Assembly: GCA_002633005.1 (NCBI GenBank)
Contig: NMRA01000292.1
Location: 62,001 to 126,000 of the forward strand
DNA: 64,000 bases
Reading direction: 5' to 3'
From: Phoronis australis
Lineage: Eukaryota; Animalia; Phoronida
The translations under genes were made by a program, and so were the position numbers. Below are positions 31,784 to 45,106 of the stretch, piece after piece (the first letter of the stretch is position 1; every line of letters begins with the position of its first letter). The notes under the pieces are model-generated. The model searched no databases. It was not told the origin of the DNA and was given only the letters and a program-made list of their open reading frames with translations.

Positions 31784-32962
31784 AGAATAACTTATTCACT
31801 TTCTGATAAACATTTCAGTTGTGCTTGAACTGAAATCAAATTGATCTCAAGATCACGTGCGCTTAAACTTGCATCCTTGAGTTCACTCTGCCAGACTCTA
31901 TATTATACAGAAACAAGCTTTATACGAAGCTTTCAAATCATGACGCTTTTTTGTAACCTTAAATCTAACAAGCACGATCGCTAACTCAATCTTGAAATTG
32001 CCTTACAAAAATTGTCTATATTTCAACTTGTAATGAATCTCACGTTTACACAGAAAACAATTGTTCACTTACCGGAACATGCTTAATCTAGCTTACCCCA
32101 ATTTCTTATCATGCCAACTAGAAGCCATCATGCCCGTCCTTCACTGAAGCGCCAATGTCAACTCACGAAGCACCTGCAGAACATGATAACACCATGATTA
32201 AATCAAAAATTTGCCGAGAGAATACAACATGACATGGGCTGCGCAGCACTGAAAAAAAGTGTGGGAGTGGGCGGCACAGCCCTCTATGGTACGCCGCCAA
32301 TGCATGAGCGAGAAGCAGAGATTTTTTTGCACGCAGCCACAAAAAAATGCAGATTCTCCATTTATCAGGCCAAGTGCATCTTTCTGCTATCAATGACAAC
32401 AAATGTTCCTAGGACAAACATGAAGGAGGACCGTTGTTTACAGTTCCCGCGTACTGAGTGCTCGGAGATAATTGCTTGGATGACATGTCCACCCATCTAG
32501 TTTCATCAGATCTCACCATTATATTCTTCCTCACTAAAGTCGTTCATGGTGACGTTTTCACTTGTCATCTGGGATGAGTTGCATAAAGCTTCAAAAATTT
32601 ATCCGCTGGAAAAGTTTGGTTGTTTTATTCCAGATGGACCTGACTCCGTTTGTTTGTGACCTCTTGAGTTCACTTTTTGCTCTTACTGTTCTTGAAACCA
32701 TTTATCTCCACTGTCTTTCTTTTTCTTTTCAGTACTTCTTATAATAAATTATCCAGTGTCATATTGTTTGAAATTTTTTCTCACTTTTGACAGGCTTATG
32801 TAAACATAAATAAATACCCAAGTTACGTTTGCGTTTTGTTGCTCGGTCTCATTTTTATTTTTAATTATGTTATGCTATGTAATATGTAACAGTGCAATAC
32901 AGTGAAACAATTTCAATATTTATTTTATTGTTGACCACTCTCTATCAATTTAAGTACTTTAA

Positions 32963-33400
32963 AGGAGAATGTCACCCGATTTAATTAGTCTTTTTTATCG
33001 TCTTAATCGGTCTATATCCACATCGCTTCTTATATGGTTGACCTCACCTTGCCGAGAGGTGTCGCGTTAACCTGTGAGGAAGGTGAGAAACGACGCGGCG
33101 ACGTCAGTGGTACCGGCGTCTGCAGAGTGAATGCCGCTATACTGCCGTGCATCGTTCCCGCTTGTCCGAACTATGAAGCTGTGAAGAAAGCGGGTATATC
33201 GTTTTTTCGACTTCCTGAAGAGCCCAAAATGCTTTAGAAAGTGGCTCGAGGTAGTGAAGAATGAAAGGTATGCTGTTAATAGCAAGTAATACTATATGAG
33301 GCCGTGAAACATCTCCGTGTCTGTGGCCGGCATTTCGTCGACAGTGATTTCTCTGACCAATTCCGGCTTACCAAGGAACTATCCATACGTTCCGTTGCCT
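32963..33400 (+). mobile_element. Truncated THAP-bearing (Kolobok-like) transposon end
   Basis: TTAA|AGGAGAATGTCACC terminus, then frameshifted CIVPACPN...ISFFRLP...KWLEVV...LRVCGRHFVDSDF. The other end was not found. Confidence 0.6.
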
Positions 33401-35280
33401 GTGCATGTTCACGGCGCCTCTCTAATATTTCTTGATCAGTGTATTCCGGTTCGAACTGATAGCCAGACCCGACCCGTGAACTTCGTCGTCAAAATGAATT
33501 ATTCTCATCCAAACCAATGCTTTTATAAATCTGAAACAAAGTGTGTCTCAATAGATACAATTTGTTATGCCTTTGCAGCATTCGTGAGTGCAAATGTTGA
33601 GAAGCCAGCATTTATAAACCACTGCGTTACCGGCTTTTGATGCCGGCAATAGTTGACCGGGCACCGAGGCCGTGTCACGGTGAGCGCATGCTAATTCAAT
33701 GTTTGCTGACAGAAAGCTGTTGTGAAACAATTACTCGGTTTTATGTGCCATGGCCATATGTTAGGGGAATCTTTGTTTAGAAATACAAATACATTATTCA
33801 AATCATGGTTACTGTACAACCTTTGCCCTAACGGTCTGTGGAAGGGGAACCCGATTTCGCGGCCCCTGATAAGTAAGTAGATTTTCAGTTTCGTGGCTAA
33901 TTTTCACAAATAATTACGTGCACCTTATTTCTTTGGCTCACTATTATAGTCTTTTCCAACTCCATCTGGTTTGTGTTTGTGCCAGTCACGGCGGCCGCGA
34001 TAGGCTTGATTGGGTTCCGAGCCACTGGCCCGGATAACAAGCGTTTAGTGCGTTAGAACTAAAAAAAAACACACACACACACACACGCACACACAAATCT
34101 AAAGAACACAGACCTCGATTCTCCTGTCTGTATTTCTCGGAAGAATACTTCGAATTTATCTCCGAACAGACTCCACACTCCTGTAACGGACCTTGGTAAA
34201 TTGGCCTGCCGAACTTTCTATGCTACGGTGGGTCCAAACACCAATAAATCCGTAACAGCGAAATAAAACTACACGTTTTTATAAGAACTCAGTGTATTTT
34301 TAAGCGTTTTACATCGAAATTTAATGATTTATTGCTGTTAAACGATGAATTCAAGCGATGAGCTGACACCAGTAAACCGTGTTGTGAACTGTTGAACAGA
34401 CTGCGTATGAAACCAATGACGTCATTGGATAATTTCGACACCTCCGTCTGCTGTCAGATGTCAGGTAACGCAACCGAACGAACCGTTATCGAGTAGAACT
34501 ACTCGATCTAATAGGTTGTTTTTTGGGTGGCATTCTCTTTTAATTTTGTTCAAATAAATCCAAAATGCCTGGACCGAAACTTTCAGCATTATGTTGAACT
34601 CTGCACTGTGTTTTGCAGAAAAAGACAAGTGGACAACATTTTGATGGCCAATGCGTGGGCCGAAACTGTTATGCACCAAGCGTGTTGCATTTGTGTGCAG
34701 AGTTTTTCCTTCCGCCTTATATATTTTGCTACTGCATGGGATAAATACATTGCATATTCAACAATCCCTGGGTTATTTCTTTCTTCCGTCTGAAGAAAAT
34801 ATAATTCCGAAAATATCTTCTGGAAATGAACAAAAAAGTATTAATAAAATCTACAATTCTTTAATTGGTTAAAAAACAGTTTCGTTGGTGCATATCTCTC
34901 CCGATAGGTTAGTATCCAATGAGCTATCTGTATTTATCGCATTCTAATAAGCAGACGACCATTCTAGATTGGAACGCTAAGTCCCGCGTAGCTGCACTGC
35001 ACGCGAAAGAAGATGTCGGACGACCATTGGAGCCTGACGACGATAGGTATACCGACGATATGAAGAGGAGCGTGGAGAAAGATCTAGACGTTGAGACACT
35101 GCAGGGCGTAATGAAATGTCACGAGGAAGTGATCGAACAGCGAATTTCAGCGAAAAGTCAGTTCGGAAAACACGGCGTCGGAGAAAAATATCCAAAATCA
35201 CCTGCTCCAACCGGTCTCACTGAAAATACATACACAAAACGTACCGAGAATGGCGTACATGAAGTAAATTAAATATCCCA

Positions 35281-35969
35281 CGAGACATTATTTCGCGTAT
35301 CGACCGAGACCGACGCGAAATAAGGTCGGAGTGGGATATTACTTCATGTACACCAGTCGAGGTACGTTTTGTATTTATCCCATGCGCTTCGAATCTATAA
35401 GTTTCTTGCATTTTTCGGCGAATTTTTCAAATACTTCATCCAGACTGTTCACATGGCGGATCACATCCTATATGTATGTACTTGCGCGTTAGGTTACAAG
35501 TTTTATCTTGTAAAAGAAACAGTTTTAAAAGTAAATTTCTTGAAAAGAGGTAGCAAAGATGATGAAAAAAAACGGCAACTGAGCAGTGAACTTGTAACAT
35601 CTCCTGGAAATAGTTAAAAAAACAATATTTGATATTTTAATTTCCTAGGAATCGGCGCCTGAGTTGCAGACGATATGCTTTTCAGTAATTGAAAACTGAG
35701 ACATAAGTGTCTTATAATTAACAGTTTTTCCAGATTTTACGTTTAGGGTCTGGTTGCATGTAGAGTGTTAGTTACACTGTTGCAACTGTGTTACTTTAAA
35801 GTATATTCGGAAAGTTTGATGATCGAACCGGCTGAAGACGTCGAATCGACATTGACCTACCTTTTGAACTTTCCATGTCAGAGGTCGCTGTTGAAGTAGT
35901 GCGGGAGGTGAATACGGAAAACTTTATTTCATGGCCGAATTTCCCTTGACAGATTAAATGCACGTGGGA
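35281..35969 (+). repeat. About 670-bp interspersed repeat, copy 2, with palindromic head (35234-35372)
   Basis: Aligns with 31118-31783; ACAAAACGTACC...GTACATGAAGTAA...TTACTTCATGTAC...GGTACGTTTTGT forms a hairpin. Confidence 0.8.
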
Positions 35970-38314
35970 TAAACTGCAATATTTTGCGATATCTTACGAG
36001 CGGGTCGTGCCTTTCTAGCGAGGTTCTAGCGTTATTAAATTGTTCCCAGGTGTTGGTAAGAAAGGTGGCTAAAGGGGCTAGATTGAACAAAGAGAAATAA
36101 CTGACCAATGAAACAACGAGTAGTGAGGTGTATGAACAAAAGTAGCACGTGGTGGATGTAAATGAAATGATTAATATAAAATAAACCACAACGGTGAGTG
36201 ACAACCATGTACCGGAGCACTACTTGAAGGGTTCGGTAACTGGTAACTGTTCCGAAGGGGCGACGGGGCAGTATAAAGACAACCAAATTTCGTGAAAACC
36301 TTCTACCGGAGCACTAAGGGTTCGGGCCCTGCGCTACTGGTAACTGTTCCGAAGGAGCGTCGGGGCAGTATAAAGACAACCAATCAGTAGCATGACAGCT
36401 GTTGCCAACAAGCAGGCTTCATGCGAATCAAACTCTAAGCTGTTGCCATCAAGCCAGCTTCACACCTAAGATGTCAATAACGCTGTTGCCAGCGTCTCGT
36501 CTCCAGAAGAAGATCAAGAACACCACCTCTACCACCACCATGAGCCTACCAGGTCCTGGGCCTCGATCCACGTCCACACCAACCACAGCAAGGACAGAAG
36601 GCGAGATCCTCCGATCTTGCGAAGCTGTCTGAGGGCTTCGCCCTCATCTACTCTACTCATTCTCAGTATGAAAATAGAAATGAGCGAATTCATTTCAAAA
36701 GTTTAATTTATCACACACAATAGGCCCTAATCGTGTGTTTCACAATAGCACCACGTACGTCATAAGACGTAAACTGCCTTTAATAGCTAACGTTGTTTGA
36801 ATGGCGTCTAATACTTGCTCAGTCTTCTAAGTGGGTATTAAACATGGCCACAATTTCTCATGAAAAATGTTAGTTGTACCCTCAGTCACATATGGCGAAA
36901 TCTGCAGTTACGGCATGTTATCATCTCAAAGCTTGAAATCTACACGCTGTCTACTTGATCAGACGTCTAATTGTTTGTGACCATGTGGAAACGAGTTACC
37001 ATATGTTCAAGTCAAGTAGCAAGTCCGATAAATAAACACTGGATATCTCCCTAGGTTGGCAACCGTGTTCCCGATGAAGAACGAACAAGTCAACCTCACA
37101 ACCCCGTAAAAAACGCAGTTCACGATTAAAATTGCAGTAATACGGTCGATTATATTTGTAAATTACCAACTATTGATTCCTAACTCCGTTTCACTTTCGT
37201 TATAATTACGTAAACAATACAATTCCTAGGTCGGTGGGAGGATATCAAAATGAGTCTTATAGAAATGTGTGTGAAGTTTCCATTGACAAGGTAGTTAGTT
37301 TGAGTATTATCGGATACGTGTTTAGTGACGGATACTTTTTATGTACCTTAATGGTTCACTTACCTGAGCTGCTATCGAAGACCGAAGTCAACGACAGCCG
37401 GAATCGCGTTCCCAGTTTGCCGTGTGTCAATAGTAATGACCTCGTCTCAAGACTAGACGTATTAACAATGGAATGTTTTTTGTCAATATGCTCAATGGCC
37501 GGGGCTATTCGACACGGTGTCGCTGCTGTACTAGTGGGGACTGAATTGCGCATGCGTCGCTGTCTGCACTTAAACAACTGGTAAAAAGATGGAATTGTTA
37601 TAAAAATTCGTCGTCGCGCCAAGCCTCATTAGTGCCATTTTCCCGAATGCAAATCTTCAACTTTATAAAGAAGCAGCACAAATGCACTGTATGGGGCTTT
37701 AAAATTGAAGAAATATTGTGGTTTGAATAATTAGTGACAAACTTGCCTGTTGAAAAGTTTATTCGATAATCAAAGTGTAACATTAACGGGTTTTTACTGA
37801 CAAGAAGACATTCAATGCAGTCACTGAATGTCATTTCCGCATAATGCGTACCAAATTGAAAAGTTTTTACCATTAGTATAAAGCCTTTCTTCTGAAAGAA
37901 AAAGTTAATGTCACTCAGTGAGACAGGTATTTACACCAGATGCTTTTGTTTTTCATTTCACTGGGATCGAGTTTGAATGGCCTATAGAAGCGCTTGTAAA
38001 AAAGGTCCAGTTTTAGCGAGGGCTTTCCTTCATGTAACCTCATTCAGCTTCAATAACGTTCACAATTAGACCCTTGAAGGTAAACACAACATCATATTAT
38101 TTGACTCGCGTTGTGCCCAAAATCTGACCCTGAAGTAGTCCGGAGTGTTACTATGTCTTCTTTAGCTTCAGTCCGTCATGTTTCTTCCAGGAAAGGAAAT
38201 AAGCCATTGTTTTCCACACATGACTCTTTGCATATGAAAGGGCATCCTCACCAACGATGCTGGCTGGTGTAGCAGTCAGATATAGTTCCTCCTCACACGC
38301 AAACAATCCAGTGG

Positions 38315-40985
38315 CAGTGGCGGATCTACGTTTTCAGTAAGGGGGGATTCCCCCGCAAAGGTCGAATCCGAGGCGCGTGGCGCCGAGCGCGGGGGGGGGG
38401 AGTCGGGAGGGGGGTTTCCCCTCTCCCGTGTAAGACAATTTTTGTGATTTTGTAGCCAAATAGTGAAATTTCTATTAATTCTTGTAAGTTTCTGGCACTT
38501 AACATGTCTCTTGAGTTTTTCTTAAGATAATTTAAAACCCTTGTCGATTTCATCACATCATTAACGTGGCTCATAAGTTTCGTGAAACCATATTTGTTTA
38601 CATCTGGGTATGAGTCACTCCACCAGCAAAAAAATTTGTTGGAACATCTGCTTACACTCACCTTTTTAGCATACGGAAATTCGTATACGAAAAAGTGTGG
38701 TGTGTGTGGGGGGTTTAGACAACTACCAAATATTCAAGAGCATAAGGAGCACCGTCGGGGCGAAAAAAATGAATATCAGATTGATGGCGTAACAGCAGCC
38801 TAAAGTTGTTTAAGAACGAAGACCTGTACTGTAAGTCTGGAAATAAACATGTGTTCTGTCTCGTTACAAGAAAAACTGGCGAACGATGGTGCTCTCAGCT
38901 CATAGTCTATAGTGACAATAAATAATTAATTATCACTATATTAAGCAGAATTACGTTGGCAACAATTCAAAAACGTCAAATGTATCAGGAAACAAATCAT
39001 CTGAAAACAGTTGTACGGCCGTGGTGAAAAGATGTACAGGACCAGTTCGCAAAGGGACCAGATGTACACTGAGAGTACACGAAAAGGCTGGCCTGGTCCG
39101 TCACGAGACCAAAAGTACACCTGTGTTTATTATCCCTATAAAAATAGTCGATCTGTCGCGGGACTAAACAGTACTGACTGAGATAAATAGTTTTACAAAG
39201 CACACTTTGGTAAAAAAACATCACTAGTTCGCCGAGGGACCAGAAGTACACTGCAACTCAATATCTACACAAATCAAGCTGGCCTGGTCCGTCGCGAGAC
39301 CTAAAGCGTATTATGCAAAAAATTTTAATTGAAAACTTCTCTCTAGACACTTTTTAGTGCCCTGTGGTTGCTCATACGAGTATTTTAAACATCTGGTCGT
39401 CAACTGCTGCGAGAAGTTGTTTAGGAAGGGTTTTCGCACCGTTCTGTAGTACTCACTGGAAGAAACAAGTATTGAGTACAAATTTAACTACGCACTTTCG
39501 TGAAACAGATATGAAGCAGAAAGAGCCAGGTGGAAATACAAACCAGAATCAGTTTCTGTGCGCTCGTAGATCCTCTGCTGTACTGGGTAAATTTGGCATG
39601 ACCAAAACTAATTTCTATTTCGTTTTCATTGTACACCAGCATAAATAAGCGACATTATGTATAAACTGTGTAGAATTATAACTTATTACGTGGGTGTTTC
39701 CCCAGGAACATTAGTCCTATCCTGCTGTTGTCTGGACTGCCGAGGCCAATCCGTACATCGGATCTAATGGTTTGCTTGTCTTGGAACCATTCCACCCAGA
39801 TATCTTCAATATTTGTTCCCAACACTTGCACTTCGTCAACTGCTGTGTCAATGAGCTTGTAAGCCTCAACAATGTCAGCATCTCGTTTCGCAGCTCAAAT
39901 GGCACTAAGCCCCTGAGGTTGCCAAGTCCATTCAAAAGACGCAATTAAATTTGATCCGTTCATCATGATCTACTTCAAACCTAGACGATGTATCCCAGGA
40001 CATATTTGCATCTCTTGCAATTTTCGGAATAAACGTCCCTATGTCTGAACGCTTGAAACCCCAAGTACTAACATCAAATAAATGCCCATGGGCATGGGCG
40101 TTTCACCGGGTGGGCCTTTCTGCGGAAATTCCCAGTATAGCAGACGGCAGTGGTGCTTATTGCAGGTAGAAAGACGGTAGGTGTTGAGGTCGGAACTAGG
40201 GCTCCTTAGGAGACCTATTGAACATCGCACGAGTCCCGCAAGACTTTTGCTGTGATAATACAGCCTCCCCGCAATTTCTGGTACTGTACACTGTTCGCAA
40301 ATGCGGTCTCTGTGTCACTGTGAGTGACCCCTCGGTCATTCTTTGTATAGACATAAATTGTTAGAGTGCATCTTTAAGCGGACTCGCGACCAGACCACGG
40401 CTCTTACGACAATAGCAATTCTTCGGAAAACGAGTTCTTTTCAAAAATATTACATGTACATGTACACTGTATGACATTGCCCAAGACAACTTTACTATAC
40501 ACCAGTCAAATTCGAGTTACAAACGTGTGGAGTATAATGGAATGACATGGCATGACAGATGAGGTAAAAACGTTGCACGTTAATTCGCCTGAATATCGGG
40601 GTTGCCCCCTGATTAAATCAAAACATATTTAAGAGTAAAGAAGCTATATAGTTACCTAAAGAAATCAGCTATAGAGCTGCTCTTTCAGCGGTGGTTACAT
40701 CTAAAACGCTTGGCTACTTCAGAAGTGTCGACGGAAGCACGTTTTGCCGATGAGTCACGAAGAATCGAAATGCGTTGATTTTCTTAAAAGCAATTCACAA
40801 TGCAAAAATTATATTTTCAAAGTGAACCCTCCCTCAATTTTTTCCAAGTTAGTTACTTGGGGTTTACACATGCTGGCGGTGTCGTTTTGTTTTGCTGGAT
40901 ACGTTTTTGTTTTTTTTTTTCATTTTTGGGTCCTGGCCCAAGGGGGGGTTTAAACCCCCTGAACCCACCCGTAGATCCGCCACTG
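38315..40985 (-). mobile_element. Decayed hAT-family DNA transposon
   Basis: 16-bp perfect TIR CAGTGGCGGATCTACG; AGTGG on both flanks; minus-strand relics KRDADIVEAYKLIDTAVDEVQVLGTNIEDIWVEWFQ and QQQDRTNVPGETP (about 39690-39895) resembling PRKRIR/ZMYM1-type hAT transposases. Confidence 0.7.
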
Positions 40986-43102
40986 AGTGGCTCATTTTCT
41001 CAGTATGGTAACTTAGTACTGCGATTCACATTTCTCCAGGACCACTGCTGTTGTGTGAATGACATGCTGTGGGAAGAGAAAGAAGTAACAAAGCTTGCCC
41101 ATGTTACGGCTTGAAGTGGCCTTTAAAATGTCACTGAAGCTGGAAGAAATATTGAAACATGAATAACTAAGGATTTCAAGTTGGGTAAAAAACAATGCCC
41201 TTGCTTTTCAAAAATATGATGTGGTATCTGCTTTGCAATTTCACACAAAATTAATTAATTATTATTTCCAAAAATCAAAGGTGTATATAATATAAGTATT
41301 GATTTGTACAAAACTGCGTCTATATTTTTCATTCCTAGCCATAACAATTTTTTAAACGCATCACATGTCTGCAAAATATGCAAGTTATCTGAGACAAATT
41401 CAAACCTTTGTTACCTATTTTCAAGCCTTTTGATTTTGACACTTTCAGCAATTTTAAACATTGATTACAGATTCATGGGTCTGTCAAGAACACTTCTGGT
41501 CTAAGGCTGAGGGAACCGTTTCTCAGACTTTTTATTTTTCTTCTAATAGAAGATATGAAGACTTGGGTCATTTATAAAATGATGGATAATCTTTCTATTG
41601 TTTAAGAGTAATTAAAAATCCTAAAACATCATTTCTTGCATATTGTCAGTAAGAGTAGTATGTTCAAATACGACCTCACTCGGATGTTCACATCAAAAAT
41701 ACAATTTTTACAAAAAATCATGGCAGTCATATGAAATTATAAAACGACTTGCTACATTTCAAGGCATGAAGTAAGACTGAAAATTCAGAAAATATAACAA
41801 GTTTCATGGGTTTACAATGGATAGCAAACAGTTTCCTGAAACTTGAAAGAACCTCATGAAGGTTAAGAATCACCTCACCATGCTCTTTCCCCCAGACATT
41901 ATTAGGCCTACCTGTTATTTCCATACATTCATTTTACAACCCCAACCCCCTATGCCAATTAACCTCCCGCTAAGGACCTGAATAAGTAAATTAACAAAAC
42001 AACTTACACGCCTTTCTTTAGAAATAGCTGTCCCTTTTCAAAGGCTTTGTTCTTTGTCTCCGATGTAGAAAGTAGGCTTTGACAACAGATGGATAGCTGG
42101 TTAGCTGCAGTCAACTGCTTAAAACCAACGGACTGGACTAAAAATAAGGCTAAAGATACAAAAGTAATATATGGAAGAGAGAACAAAACAATTAGACAAA
42201 GCGGTAAACGGGGAAAAACAAGAGACACGGAGTGAAATGAAATTATTCATAAGTAAGATAATGAAGGAGGTCGATAAAGACACCGTAGAGTAACAACATA
42301 AAAAGCTTAAAATGTCACAGAGGTTATACATGGCCAATTCTAAACCATAAGATAACATAAGGTATGAGATACAAATGGCTAACAGAATCTGATGCACCGA
42401 TGTTGACGATATAAACAAAATAAACAGGACAAGTGAACCGGTGAATGAAACTAAACCTAATAATACTGTACGAAATAATACAAAATGTCTAACAGACACT
42501 TAACTCCGGTCTGAGTGGAACATTGACGTAAACTGCGAAGTTAACTGAACCGCTCATACTGGCTTCGATATTTAACGGACATCGAAGTAATCGCAAGGTA
42601 GCGCTACACGTAGTATTTTGTTGTATAATGTTGTCAGAGGAACTGTAAGCTCTCTTGCTATTATCTTGATCATTTTATTGGTTTGGTACCGTCGTTTTTT
42701 TTTTTTCGTCGATGTTTTCTATATGTCACAAAGGTGTTCTAATGTTCTGTTTGGTAATTCGGGAAAGTTTGTTGTTGGTGCTATGTGACTCTTGGCGGAG
42801 TTTTGGATTCCTTTGAGTGGATGGTGGGGTATGATGATTGTTTTACCTGTCTTCGAATTTTGTATATTCGCTAGAATTTTTGGAGGGCATTGTTGATATT
42901 GGAGATTAAATTTTCATCTTATAGTCTTGTTTTGTCTCTTTAATTAGTTCTCTAACAGCGGACGTTCATTTCCAAGTTTCTACGGTACTGTCACTCAGAT
43001 CCATCAGATTCGTAACTAACATTAGCTGTGCTCTTTTCATTACCAACACGTATGTCGAAGATCCATGGACGAACTTGGAGGCCGCAAATTTGTCATTAGC
43101 TG

Positions 43103-43252
43103 GCCAGTGTTCGAACTTCAGCAAATAATTGTGCTGGCCCGCCGGACCGGTTAGTCTAAAAATTTACTGGCCCTGGTACACCGGACCAGCGGCCCGGATG
43201 TTGTAGCTGGCGCTATAATTAGCAATGCGCACCAGTCCAGAATTCAACACTG
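43103..43252. mobile_element. Small MITE-like element
   Basis: CCAGTGTTCGAACTT...GAATTCAACACTGG imperfect TIRs with internal GGACC/GGCCC repeats. Confidence 0.45.
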
Positions 43253-45106
43253 GTGTGCTTTCCTGAATAAAGAATCATCAGGTGAATTTTACGGAGAACC
43301 ACCAGGCATCTTGACAGATATTACAGTAGACGTGAAGAAAATCACAAAATTTACACAAGGGAAGCCCTCAGTAGTCAGGTCTGTCAAACGCAACCATGCT
43401 CTCTTCAGTATGATCGCACACGACAAATTTCCAAAAGATTTCCTAAATAATTAATACATGGTAAAGACAAAAAACTAAAATTGGTGCAATAAATCGGTCT
43501 GAAAATTTTATGCCATATGATGCTTTCTTCAGTATGAACACATGTGTCTACATTCAGATGATTCCAGATTAAGGGTTTTGTCGAATAGGGACTCGGGCAC
43601 CAAAAGATACGGAAATAACCTAAAACCGGGCAGGTGCCGTCGTATTCTTCATAGAAAGTTATTTCGCAAATTCCCTGAAGAAGTTAACTGCAACTGTTAA
43701 CTGCGGTCCATATCGTTTAGTTTGTAGTAGCCTCAAAATGGCTGGCCGGGAGTTGGCGTCCCATGTCACAGACACAGTGACGCCAGTGACAGAGACATTG
43801 CTCATAGAAGTGGTGAGCAAAACATTTGAGAAACACTGAAAGAAGAATTTGTGAAATAGCATGTGAGTGACGATTTAATTACACAAAAAGCAATAAATGG
43901 TTGATAAGGCCAAGCAGCATATTATTGGTTCCTATTGGAAGTTAATGCGGGGTGCGGTATTTTTTAGTTGCCTACTTTTTCATCAAAAAAATGAAATGAG
44001 TGAAAATGATATCCGTTTTTCCTTTATTTTTCTACTCCACGCAAACCAGTGGACAGTGAGTGGTGGGACTCTTGTACGTGCGGGGCAGTTCATCGCTTCT
44101 GCCGGTAGAGGCGCGACTCATTTCACGGCGCTATGATTTGTGCGCTGGCATCACTATCATTACTACTACTATGATCTAAGCTCCTTTTGTGTGAAGCAAG
44201 GCAATTACTGGCTGAAATAATATCGTATATTGTAACTAGTGATTTTTCAAACTGTATGGCTTCTGAAGTTGAATTTCTCGTTAAAACTTCGGTTAAGTCC
44301 ACCAAAGAAATGCAATAAAAATTAACCAAAAGGCGATGTAGATGGATTCGGTTTGTTGACCAGTAGGCCTAGGAAATTGGGACACGATACGAGACAAATG
44401 ACAGTGTGAGGACTAGGTTAATATCTGAATTTGTAAACCTCTCTCGTCTTAGTTGAACCCTCCCCCGTACTATTGGTGATAGCAGGGATGCGTACTGCTG
44501 CCGCTGTGGTGCATTTTGTTTTCTCGCAGACCTATAAATTTGAATCGCCTTTTCACCATTTTTATTTAACCGTAAATTTGATGTGCCAGTTCAGAAATGG
44601 TTGTCAAAATGAGGCGGGAGACTCAAAATTTTTTATTGATATAGGTTTTTGAACTCGGATAATACTTTGCACGGTATGAATACTGAGTGATTTTAAATGG
44701 TCGGCGAATTCAGCGAGAATTAGGTTCATTTTTTTGCAAATGAGCTATAAATGGGGTACAATTCTAAATTTTGGTATTAACGTGGTCGCACGTAGGATCG
44801 CAATTTTTCATATAAATCGCCTCAGGTTTGCCAACTTACCCTAAAACATGATTGCCTCCCCTGGCGTTAAAACTAAACGAGAGATTAGAGCTTTGTAATG
44901 TCTGAAACTAGTTGATGTTGACAAATAATCGGCATTAGTGCACACGAACTAAGACCAAGACTGGCCGGAACTCCTATGCTGTCCTTTGAAGTACTGCGTA
45001 TACTTTCACTGTTCACCAGAAATAAGTCTAGCGTAAATATGACAGTTTGAAAAAATATCTTACATGCTGAAGTTCTCTGATACGCACAATAGAGGTCAGC
45101 ACCGAC

